Program-made: the position numbers and the translations under genes
The notes under the pieces: model-generated
Databases searched by the model: none
Told to the model about the DNA's origin: nothing
Seen by the model: only the letters and a program-made list of their open reading frames with translations
Shown here: positions 1 to 12,303 of the stretch, piece after piece
How the letters are laid out: each line of letters starts with the position of its first letter
How positions within the stretch are numbered: position 1 is the stretch's first letter
From: Eledone cirrhosa
Taxonomy: Eukaryota
Direction: 5' to 3'
DNA: 64,000 nt
Assembly: GCA_964016885.1 (NCBI GenBank)
Contig: CAXHJY010001187.1
Span: forward strand, 1 to 64,000

Positions 1-1349
1 TATATATGTGTATATATATGTGTGTATATATGTGTAGATATGTGTGTATATATGTGTAGATATGTGTATATATATGTGTGTTTATGTGTATATATATGTG
101 TATATATATATGTGTATATATATATGTGTATATATATATGTGTATATATATGTGTATATATATATGTGTATATATATATGTGTATATATATATGTGTATA
201 TATATGTGTGTATATATATGTGTATATATATATGTGTGTATATATATGTGTGTATATATGTGTATATATATGTGTGTATATATGTGTATATATATATATG
301 TGTATATATATATATGTGTATATATATATGTGTATATATATATGTGTATGTGTATATATATATGTATATATATATGTGTATATATATATGTGTATATATA
401 TGTGTATGTATATGTGTATGTATATGTGTATATATATATGTGTATATATGTATATATATATGTGTATATATATGTGTATGTGTATATATATGTGTATTTG
501 TATATATTGTATATATATATCTGTATATATATATATATGTGTATATATATGTGTATATGTGTATGTATATATGTGTATATGTGTATGGATATACGTGTAT
601 ATATATGTGTATGTATATATGTGTATATATATGTGTATGTATATATGTGTATATATATGTGTATATATATGTATGTATATATGTGTATATATATGTATAT
701 GTATATGTGTGTATGTATATGTGTATATATATGTGTGTATATATGTATATATATGTGTATATATATGTGTATATATGTGTATGTGTATATGTGTATGTGT
801 ATATATGTGTATGTGTATGTGTATACGTATATATATGTGTATATGTATATATATGTGTTTATGTGTATATGTTTATATATGTGTGTATATATATATGTAT
901 ATATATATGTGTATATATGTGTATATATATATGTATATATATATGTGTATATATGTATATATATATGTGTATATATGTATATATAAATGTGTATATATGT
1001 ATATATAAATGTGTATATGTATATATGTGTATATGTATATGTATATATGTGTATATATATATGTATATAGATGTATATATATGTGTATAGATGTATATAT
1101 ATATGTGTATGTATATATGTGTATATGTGTATGTATATATGTGTATATATATGTGTATGTATATATGTGTATATATATGTGTATGTATATGTGTATATGT
1201 GTATATATATATGTGTATATGTGTATATATATGTGTGTATATGTGTATATATATGTGTGTATATGTGTATATATATGTGTGTATATGTGTATATATATAT
1301 ATATGTGTGTATATATGTATATATATATGTGTATATATATGTGTATATA

Positions 1350-1412
<63 letters not shown>

Positions 1413-2317
1413 GTATATATATGTGTATATGTATATATATGTGTGTATGTTTATGTGTATATGTTTATGTGTATATATATATGTATATATATATGTGTAT
1501 ATATGTGTATATATGTATATATATATGTGTATATATGTATATATAAATGTGTATATGTATATATGTGTATATATATGTGTATATATATATGTATATATAT
1601 ATGTGTATATATATGTGTATATATATATGTGTATATATATATGTGTATATATATATGTGTATATATATATGTATATATATATGTATATATATATGTGTAT
1701 ATATATATGTGTATATATATATGTATATATATATGTGTATATATATATGTATATATATATGTGTATAGATGTATATATATATGTGTATAGATGTATATAT
1801 ATATGTGTATAGATGTATATATATATGTGTATAGATGTATATATATATGTGTATATATGTATATATATATGTGTATATATGTATATATAAATGTGTATAT
1901 GTATATATATATGTGTATATATTGTGTATATGTATATATATATGTATGTTATATGTATGTATATATATATGTATGTTATCTGTATGTATATATATATGTA
2001 TGTTATATGTATGTATATATATATGTATGTTATATGTATGTATATATATATGTATGTTATATGTATGTATATATATATGTATGTTATATGTATATATATA
2101 TATGTATATATTATATGTATATATATATATATATGTATATATTATATGTATGTATATATATATATATATATATGTATATATTATATGTATGTATATATAT
2201 ATATGTATATATTATATGTATGTATATATATATATGTATATATTATATGTATGTATATATATATGTGTATATATTATATGTATGTATGTATATATATATA
2301 TGTATATATTATATGTA

Positions 2318-2350
<33 letters not shown>

Positions 2351-2389
2351 GTATATATTATATGTATGTATATATTATATGTATGTATG

Positions 2390-2420
<31 letters not shown>

Positions 2421-3040
2421 TGTATATATATATATATATATATTATATGTATGTATATATATATATGTATGTATATATATATATGTATATATTATATGTA
2501 TGTATATATATATATATATATATTATATGTATGTATATATATATATGTATGTATATATATATATGTATTATATGTATGTATATATATATATATGTATATA
2601 TTATATATATATGTATATATTATATGTATGTATATATGTATATATTATATGTATGTATATATATATGTATATATTATATGTATGTATATATATATGTATA
2701 TATTATATGTATGTATATATATATGTATATATTATATGTATGTATATGTATGTATATATATATGTATATATTATATGTATGTATATATTATATGTATGTA
2801 TGTATATATATATGTATATATTATATGTATGTATATATGTATATATGATATGTATGTATGTTTATATATATGTATATATTATATGTATGTATGTATATAT
2901 ATATGTATATATTATATGTATGTATATATATATGTATATATTATATGTATGTATATATATATGTATATATTATATGTATGTATATATATATGTATATATT
3001 ATATGTAGGTATATATATATATGTATATATTATATGTAGG

Positions 3041-3105
<65 letters not shown>

Positions 3106-3337
3106 GTGTGTATGTATATATTATATGTATGTATATATTGTATGTATGTATGTATGTATATATTATATGTATGTATATATTATATGTATGTATATATGTA
3201 TATATTATATGTATGTATATATGTATATATTATATGTATGTATATATTGTATATATATGTATGTATATATGTATAAATTATGTATGTATATATGTATATG
3301 ATATGTATGTATATATGTATAAATTATATGTATGTAT
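1..3337. repeat. Compound TA/TATG/TGTG microsatellite
   Basis: Almost only T, A and G on the + strand. (TA)nTG units shift to TATATTATATGTATG-type units after about 1930. Confidence 0.97.
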
Positions 3338-5818
3338 AAAAAACGTGACAATCACCTGATCACCTATAGATCCGGGGAACACACAAGCCAGGTAGATTAT
3401 ATCCTTACCAGAAGACGTGACAGAGTGTCTGTTGTAAACACTAAATCCCTCCCCCATGAAGAATGCACCTCCCAACATAGACTGATAATTAGCGACCTCA
3501 TAGTCAGGTCGAGACGTACTCGACAGCAGAAGAGGACTATCCTCAGGAGAAAAATATGGAAGCTAAAGGACCCCACAGCCAAAAATAAATTTCAAAACAT
3601 ATTACTTGATGCTTTCGACAGTAAGGAAGAACACTTAGAGTCGGACAATATAGAGGGACAGTGGGAATTTCTGAAAGCAAACCTGCTGTTGGCCACAGAC
3701 GAAGTCTGTGGCTGGAGCAGGCCTGTAGGCAGGAGGAGAGTAACATGGTGGTGGAACAGTAAGGTGGAGGAGTCAATTAAGGCCAAAAAGCAGGCTTGGA
3801 AAGTATGGCGGGATGGGGGAAGTAGAGTAGACTATCAAGTGGCCAGGAGGGAAGCTAGGAGAGAAGTGTACTTAGCAAGAAGGGAAGCTGAGGAAAGAAA
3901 GTTCAAGCATGTCCTACAACGAGATGACCAAAAACGTGAGGTGTTCAGGATTGCTAGGCAATGCGTCAAGGAAAACCGTGATATTGTCGGGGAGAAGTGT
4001 GTACTTAACGATGATGGCATACTTGCCATCACCGACACTGATAAGAAGGCAGCTTGGAAGTGTCACTATGAAAGGCTACTAAATGAGGAGAATAAATGGG
4101 AGAAAGACAGTCTCCCCCATGTCGACCCAATAGAGGGACCAGCAGTGTTAGTCGAGGGGAGTATAATAAGTAAGGCAATCAAGGATATGAAGACAGGTAA
4201 GGCGGCTGGGCCTTCGGAAATAGTTGCTGAGATGCTGAAGGCATCTGGCACGGTGAGACACACCATGGTCACCCGCATAGTTAACCAAGTCGTACAGAAT
4301 GGGGTTGTTCCGAAGGACTGGCATAGCAGCATCATCGTTAACTGTTATAAGGGTAAAGGAGACGCCCTAGATAGGAGTAACTATAGAGGCATTAAATTAA
4401 TCGACCAGGTCATGAAGGTCACAGAAAAAGTAATAGCGCAACTAATCAGAGAGAGAATTGACCTAGATGAAATGCAGTTCGGGTTTGTGTCAGGCAAAAG
4501 TACCACAGACGCTCTTTTCATAGTACGACAACTACAGGAGAAGTACCTAGCTAAAGGTAAACCCCTCTACTTAGCTTTTGTCGACTTGGAGAAAGCCTTC
4601 GACAGAGTCCCCCGCTCCATTATCTGGTGGGCTCTTAGAAAACTAGGCGTTGACGAATGGCTTGTGAGAGCTATACAAGCCATGTATAAAGAAACAGTCA
4701 GCAAGGTTAGAATTAACAACGAATATAGTGAAGAGTTTAGCGTAAAAGTTGGCGTCCATCAGGGCTCTGTTCTCAGCCCCCTACTATTTATTATTGCCCT
4801 TCAGGCTATAACAGAGGAGTTCAAGACAGGCTGCCCATGGGAACTCCTATACGCAGACGACCTGACACTCATAGCGGAATCAATGGCCGAGCTAGAGAAG
4901 AAATTCCAAACATGGAAGCACGGCCTAGAGTCAAAAGGACTTAAAATTAACCTGGCTAAGACCAAAGTTCTAGTTTGTAGGAAAGAAAACAAGGCGGCGG
5001 TCCCTTCTGGGAAATGGTCGTGCTCGGTGTGTAGGAAAGGCGTAGGTAGAAACTCCATTTTGTGTCCTAAATGCAAAGTATGGGTGCATAAAAGATGTAG
5101 TGGGATCACAGGTAAGCTAACTAAGAACATAGATTTTACATGTGGCCGGTGTTCTGGTGCAATAAGTAGCAGCAAGTGCCCACACAATACTAGCTCTTTC
5201 AATTGCGCAGAGGGTTCTATAGAAATAGTGGACAGCTTCCGTTACCTGGGCGATAAAATCAGCAGTGGGGGAGGGTGCTCTGAAAGTACTGTAGCTAGAG
5301 TCAGAACTGGTTGGAAAAAGTTCAGAGAGCTTATACCACTATTAGCTGCTAAAGGGTTCTCCCTAAAAATGAAAGGCAGGTTGTACGATGCCTGCATACG
5401 AACAGCAATGTTGCATGGCAGTGAGACCTGGGCATTGTGTGCAGAGGATATACGCAGACTAGAGAGGAACGAAGCTTGCATGCTCCGCTGGATGTGTAAC
5501 AGTAATATACGTGAACGGCAAAGCATAAACGAACTAAGGAAAAAATTAGAGATAAGAGGGATCAGATGTTGTTTACTCGAGAGAAGGCTACGTTGGTATG
5601 GACACGTGATGCGCATGAAAGTCGATAGCTGTATAACAAAGTGCAGGGCAATAAAGATAGACGGTAGCCACGGAATAGGCAGACCTAGAAAAACCTGGGA
5701 CGAGCTGATAAACTCCGACCTCACACACTTACACCTCTCCAAGACAATGTCACTGGACCGAGACCTTTGGCGGTACTCAGTAACAGAGAAGACCCGCCTT
5801 GCCAGTAGGCATCTCTAA
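3338..5818 (+). CDS. Partial APE endonuclease-reverse transcriptase with PHD finger (5'-truncated, no native start)
   Basis: Motifs [63 protein letters not shown]. The ATG at 3332 is microsatellite-derived. Confidence 0.9.
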   Translation, partial: KKRDNHLITYRSGEHTSQVDYILTRRRDRVSVVNTKSLPHEECTSQHRLIISDLIVRSRRTRQQKRTILRRKIWKLKDPTAKNKFQNILLDAFDSKEEHLESDNIEGQWEFLKANLLLATDEVCGWSRPVGRRRVTWWWNSKVEESIKAKKQAWKVWRDGGSRVDYQVARREARREVYLARREAEERKFKHVLQRDDQKREVFRIARQCVKENRDIVGEKCVLNDDGILAITDTDKKAAWKCHYERLLNEENKWEKDSLPHVDPIEGPAVLVEGSIISKAIKDMKTGKAAGPSEIVAEMLKASGTVRHTMVTRIVNQVVQNGVVPKDWHSSIIVNCYKGKGDALDRSNYRGIKLIDQVMKVTEKVIAQLIRERIDLDEMQFGFVSGKSTTDALFIVRQLQEKYLAKGKPLYLAFVDLEKAFDRVPRSIIWWALRKLGVDEWLVRAIQAMYKETVSKVRINNEYSEEFSVKVGVHQGSVLSPLLFIIALQAITEEFKTGCPWELLYADDLTLIAESMAELEKKFQTWKHGLESKGLKINLAKTKVLVCRKENKAAVPSGKWSCSVCRKGVGRNSILCPKCKVWVHKRCSGITGKLTKNIDFTCGRCSGAISSSKCPHNTSSFNCAEGSIEIVDSFRYLGDKISSGGGCSESTVARVRTGWKKFRELIPLLAAKGFSLKMKGRLYDACIRTAMLHGSETWALCAEDIRRLERNEACMLRWMCNSNIRERQSINELRKKLEIRGIRCCLLERRLRWYGHVMRMKVDSCITKCRAIKIDGSHGIGRPRKTWDELINSDLTHLHLSKTMSLDRDLWRYSVTEKTRLASRHL

Positions 5819-6177
5819 CAAAATACACCCCGTCCCACCACCACCACCCCCACCCCATCCACACCACCCCGTCCTATGTAAAGTTATGTTGGTGCCGCGC
5901 CATCCGGGCCGAAACAAATGAGATCGTGTAGGTGTCACGACAAAAAAACACACAGTCCACGCTGTAATGTGGCCGTGTAGGCAACACGGTAAAAACCTCC
6001 CAGACCCACACTGTAAATGTGGTTGGTGTTAGGAAGGGCATCCAACTGTAGAAAACCTGCCAGACAGTCCTATGCGAGCAAGACAATCACTCTTGCCTCA
6101 AGTGGGACTACCCCCGTCCAAACCCATGCAAGCGTGGAACACGGACGTTAAACGTTGATGATGATGATGATGATGAT
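3338..6177 (+). mobile_element. RTE-clade LINE, family A, 5'-truncated within the endonuclease
   Basis: Starts at [13 protein letters not shown] with an open RT frame, then a ~335-bp 3' UTR and a (TGA)7 tail at 6156-6177. Nearly identical to 20433-23295. Confidence 0.95.
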
Positions 6178-7503
6178 ATGTATAAATTATGTCTATATAT
6201 ATGTACCTATTATATGTACGTATATATGTACATATATGTATGTATATATGTATATATTATATGTATGTATATATGTATATATTATATGTATGTATATATG
6301 TATATATTATATGTATGTATATATTATATGTATGTATATATTATATGTATGTATATATTATATGTATGTATATATTATATGTATGTATATATTATATGTA
6401 TGTATATATGTATATATTATATGTATGTATATATGTATATATTATATGTATGTATATATGTATATATTATATGTATGTATATATGTATATATTATATGTA
6501 TGTATATATGTATATATTATATGTATGTATATATGTATATATTATATGTATGTATATATGTATATATTATATGTATGTATATTTGTATATATTATATGTA
6601 TGTATGTATATTTGTATATATTATATGTATGTATATATGTAAGTATATATGTATATATGTATGTATATATGTATATATTATATGTATATATTATATGTAT
6701 ATATTATATGTATATATTATATGTATATATTATATGTATATATTATATGTATATATTATATGTATATTATATGTATATATTATATGTATATCTGTATATA
6801 TTATATGTATATATGTATATGTATATATTATATGTATGTATATATTGTATGTATGTATGTATGTATATATTATATGTATGTATATATTATATGTATGTAT
6901 ATATGTATATATTATATGTATGTATATATGTATATATTATATGTATGTATATATTGTATATTATATGTATGTATATATGTATAAATTATGTATGTATATA
7001 TGTATATGATATGTATGTATATATGTATAAATTATATGTATGTATATGTATAAATTATGTCTATATATATGTACCTATTATATGTACGTATATATGTACA
7101 TATATGTATGTATATATGTATATATTATATGTATGTATATATGTATATATTATATGTATGTATATATTATATGTATGTATATATTATATGTATGTATATA
7201 TTATATGTATGTATATATTATATGTATGTATATATGTATATATTATATGTATGTATATATGTATATATTATATGTATGTATATATGTATATATTATATGT
7301 ATGTATATATGTATATATTATATGTATGTATATATGTATATATTATATGTATATATGTATATATTATATGTATGTATATTTGTATATATTATATGTATGT
7401 ATGTATATTTGTATATATTATATGTATGTATATATGTAAGTATATATGTATATATGTATGTATATATGTATATATGTATGTATATATGTATGTATATATG
7501 TAT
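6178..7503. repeat. TATG microsatellite with an internal higher-order duplication
   Basis: The rare variant string GTATAAATTATGTCTATATATATGTACCTATT occurs at ~6180 and ~7048. Confidence 0.9.
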
Positions 7504-8055
7504 ATCATCATCATCATCATCATCATCAACGTTTAACGTCCGTGTTCCACGCTTGCATGGGTTTGGACGGGGGTAGTCCCACTTGAGGCAAGAGTGATTG
7601 TCTTGCTCGCATAGGACTGTCTGGCAGGTTTTCTACAGTTGGATGCCCTTCCTAACACCAACCACATTTACAGTGTGGGTCTGGGAGGTTTTTACCGTGT
7701 TGCCTACACGGCCACATTGCAGCGTGGACTGTGTGTTTTTTTGTCGTGACACCTACACGATCTCATTTGTTTCGGCCTGGATGGCGCGGCACCAACATAA
7801 CTTTACATAGAACGGGGTGGTGTGGATGGGGTGGGGGTGGCGGCGGGAGGGGTGTATTTTGTTAGAGATGCCTACTGGCAAGGCGGGTCTTCTCTGTTAC
7901 TGAGTACCGCCAAAGGTCACGGTCCAGTGACATTGTCTTGGAGAGGTGTAAGTGTGTGAGGTCGGAGTTTATCAGCTCATCCCATGTTTTTCTAGGTCTG
8001 CCTATTCCGTGGCTACCGTCTATCTTTATTGCCCTGCACTTTGTAATACAGCTAT
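7504..8055 (-). mobile_element. RTE family A 3' fragment
   Basis: (CAT)n tail at 7504-7528, full 3' UTR and the last ~60 codons. Reverse complement of 5625-6177. Confidence 0.95.
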
Positions 8056-9389
8056 ATACATATATGTATGTATATATGTATATATTATATGTATATATTA
8101 TATGTATATATTATATGTATATATTATATGTATATTATATGTATATATTATATGTATATCTGTATATATTATATGTATATATGTATATATTATATGTATA
8201 TATTATATGTATGTATATCTATGTATTGATATGTATGTATATATTATATCTATGTATTTATATGTATGTATATATTATATGTATGTATATATTATATGTA
8301 TGTATATATTATATGTATGTATATATTATATGTATGTATATATTATATATATGTATATATTATATGTATGTATATATTATATATATGTATATATTATATG
8401 TATGTATATATTATATGTATGTAAATATTATATGTATATATTATATATATGTATATATTATATGTATATATTATATGTATGTATATATTATATGTATGTA
8501 TATATTATATGTATGTATATATTATATGTATGTATATATTATATGTATGTATATATTATATGTATGTATATATTATATGTATGTATATGTTATATATATG
8601 TATATATTATATATTTATATATATATTATATATATGTATATATTATATATATATATGTATATATTATATATGTATATATTATATATGTATATATTATATA
8701 TATGTATATATTATATATATGTATATATTATATATATGTATATATTATATATATGTATATATTATATATATGTATATATTATATATATGTATATATTATA
8801 TATATGTATATATTATATATATGTATATATTATATATATGTATATATTATATATATGTATATATTATATATATGTATATATTATATATATGTATATATTA
8901 TATATATGTATATATTATATATATGTATATATTATATATATGTATATATTATATATATGTATATATTATATATATGTATATATTATATATATGTATATAT
9001 TATATATATGTATATATTATATATACGTATATATTATATATATGTATATATTATATATATGTATATATGTATATATTATATATATGTATATATTATATAT
9101 ATGTATATATTATATATATATATATATGTATATAGTATATATATGTATATAGTATATATATGTATATAGTATATATATGTATATAGTATATATATGTATA
9201 TAGTATATAGTATGTATATATATGTATATAGTATATAGTATGTATATATATGTATATAGTATGTATATATATGTATATAGTATATAGTATGTATATATAT
9301 GTATATAGTATATAGTATGTATATATATGTATATAGTATATAGTATGTATATGTATATAGTATATAGTATATATGTATATAGTATATAT

Positions 9390-9999
9390 GTCAGGTCACC
9401 AGTTGGTGCTACTGGTAACATGTATCCCAGTACAACCTGACCCATGGTCGGGTCGTTGGCGACTAAACTGGCAACCCCACCAAGGTTTCTTGGTGAGGAG
9501 GGTGACTTTGGACATCCTGCAGGACTAAAAACAAGACCTGTCAAAGGGCAAAGGAGCTCTTAAGAGTCAATGGCCATCCAAAATCACCGGGAGAGATGAC
9601 CCTTTAGCCTTTGTCAAGGCAGAATTCTAGGAGAAGGAAAACTCTGATATAACACCTGCAACTCTGATGGTATCCAATGATGTTGACTTGTTCTTCTTTT
9701 TGGTAAATATCATCTTGGTTAAGAGAGTGGGACTGGCTTTGTGCAGTGCCTTTGCTCACTATAAAAGCTTCACGGCACAGGCATTGCTTTATATCTGGAG
9801 ATCTCTCTGCACTTGTCGTCACAGGGTACCATGGGCCCAGCACTATGTGTCAATATTTGTCACAAGTGTAGTGTTTGTACCAGAGTTTTCAAGTCGCTGG
9901 CTGGACTAAAAGGTCACACTCGTTCAGCGCATCGGTAGGGGTTCTCCTATATGGATATAAAGTAGTGGCCGTACTCGAAAACGAGTTGGCAGCCACCAT
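9390..9999 (+). mobile_element. ~610-bp non-autonomous retroelement (bipartite RTE-like), copy 1
   Basis: Four near-identical copies in the window share one 3' end (GCAGCCACCAT). Contains the RTE 5'-UTR-like motif TCTAGGAGAAGGAAAACTCTGA and a terminal C2H2 remnant at 9867-9938. Confidence 0.8.
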
Positions 10000-12079
10000 A
10001 GTATATAGTATGTATATATATGTATATAGTATATAGTATGTATATAGTATATATATGTATATAGTATATATATGTATATAGTATATATATGTATATAGTA
10101 TATATATAGTATGTATATATATGTATATAGTATATATATAGTATGTATATATATGTATATAGTATATATATAGTATGTATATATATGTATATATTATATA
10201 TATGTATATAGTATATATATAGTATGTATATATATGTATATATTATATATATGTATATATTATATATATGTATATAGTATATATATAGTATGTATATATA
10301 TGTATATTGTATATATATGTATATATTATATATATGTATATAGTATATATATAGTATGTATATATATGTATATATTATATATATGTATATATTATATATA
10401 TGTATATATTATATATATGTATATATTATATATATGTATATAGTATATATATAGTATGTATATATATGTATATATTATATATATGTATATATTATATATA
10501 TGTATATAGTATATAGTATGTATATAGTATATATATGTATATATGTATATACATGTATATAGTATATATATGTATATATGTATATACATGTATATAGTAT
10601 ATATATGTATATATATATGTATATAGTATGTATATTGTATATATATGTATATAGTATATATATAGTATATATATGTATATAGTATATATATGTATATAGT
10701 ATATATATGTATATAGTATATATATGTATATAGTATATATATGTATATAGTATATATATGTATATAGTATATATATATATATAGTATATATATGTATATA
10801 GTATATATATGTATATAGTATATATATGTATATAGTATATATATGTATATAGTATATATATGTATATAGTATATATATGTATATAGTATATATATATGTA
10901 TATAGTATATATATGTATATAGTATATATATATGTATATAGTATATATATATATATATAGTATATATATGTATATATATGTATATATATGTATATAGTAT
11001 ATATATATATGTATATATATGTATATAGTATATATATATGTATATATATGTATATAGTATATATATATGTATATATATGTATATAGTATATATATATGTA
11101 TATATATGTATATAGTATATATATATGTATATATATGTATATAGTATATATATATGTATATATATGTATATATTATATACATGTGTATATATATGTATAT
11201 ATTATATACATGTATATATATGTATATATATCTATATATATATGTATATATGTATATATTATATATGTATATATGTATATATTATATATGTATATATGTA
11301 TATAATATATATATGTATATATGTATATAATATATATATGTATATAATATATATATGTATATAATATATATATGTATATAATATATATATGTATATAATA
11401 TATATATGTATATAATATATATATGTATATAATATATATATGTATATAATATATATATGTATATAATATATATATGTATATAATATATATATGTATATAA
11501 TATATATATGTATATAATATATATATCTATATAATATATATATGTATATAATATATATATGTATATAATATATATATGTATATAATATATATATGTATAT
11601 AATATATATATGTATATAATATATATATGTATATAATATATATATGTATATAATATATATATGTATATATTATATATATATATGTATATATATATGTATA
11701 TATTATATATATATATGTATATATATATGTATATATTATATATATATATGTATATATATATGTATATATTATATATATATATGTATATATTATATATATA
11801 TATGTATATATATATGTATATATTATATATATATATGTATATATTATATATATATATGTATATATTATATGTATATATTATATATATATATGTATATAAT
11901 ATATATATGTATATATATATGTATATATTATATATATATATGTATATATATATATGTATATATTATATATATATATGTATATAATATATATATGTATATA
12001 TATATGTATATATTATATATATATATATATATATGTATCTAATATATATATGTATCTAATATATATATGTATATAATAT

Positions 12080-12303
12080 TCACATGATTTATTGATTTAT
12101 TGATATTTTATCTGAGTGACCCGAATCTTCCTGATCGTAATTTTTCGGTCGTATGGTTGATTTTAGACATAATCTATGTGTGTTGGTATTTTAACGATAG
12201 TTATAGCTCTGATTTATCTGAATTATTGAGCCCTCTGCCACTCATGTCGAATTTTGTTTATCGTGAACTCGTGCGTCGATTTTTCGATACTCGATTATTC
12301 TAC
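12080..12303. other. Unassigned ~225-bp complex island in minisatellite
   Basis: Non-repetitive, CpG-containing sequence flanked on both sides by the ATGTATATAATATATAT variant. No second copy seen. Confidence 0.6.

Noticed and set aside
5242-5742. Recurrent antisense ORFs within the RTE copies (also 27606-28721, 31896-33011)
   Set aside because: They are shadows of the sense ORF and recur only because the copies are nearly identical.
9604-9909. 79-80 aa ORFs present in all four 610-bp copies
   Set aside because: Conservation is explained by recent copying. Only the C2H2 remnant in another frame is recognisable.
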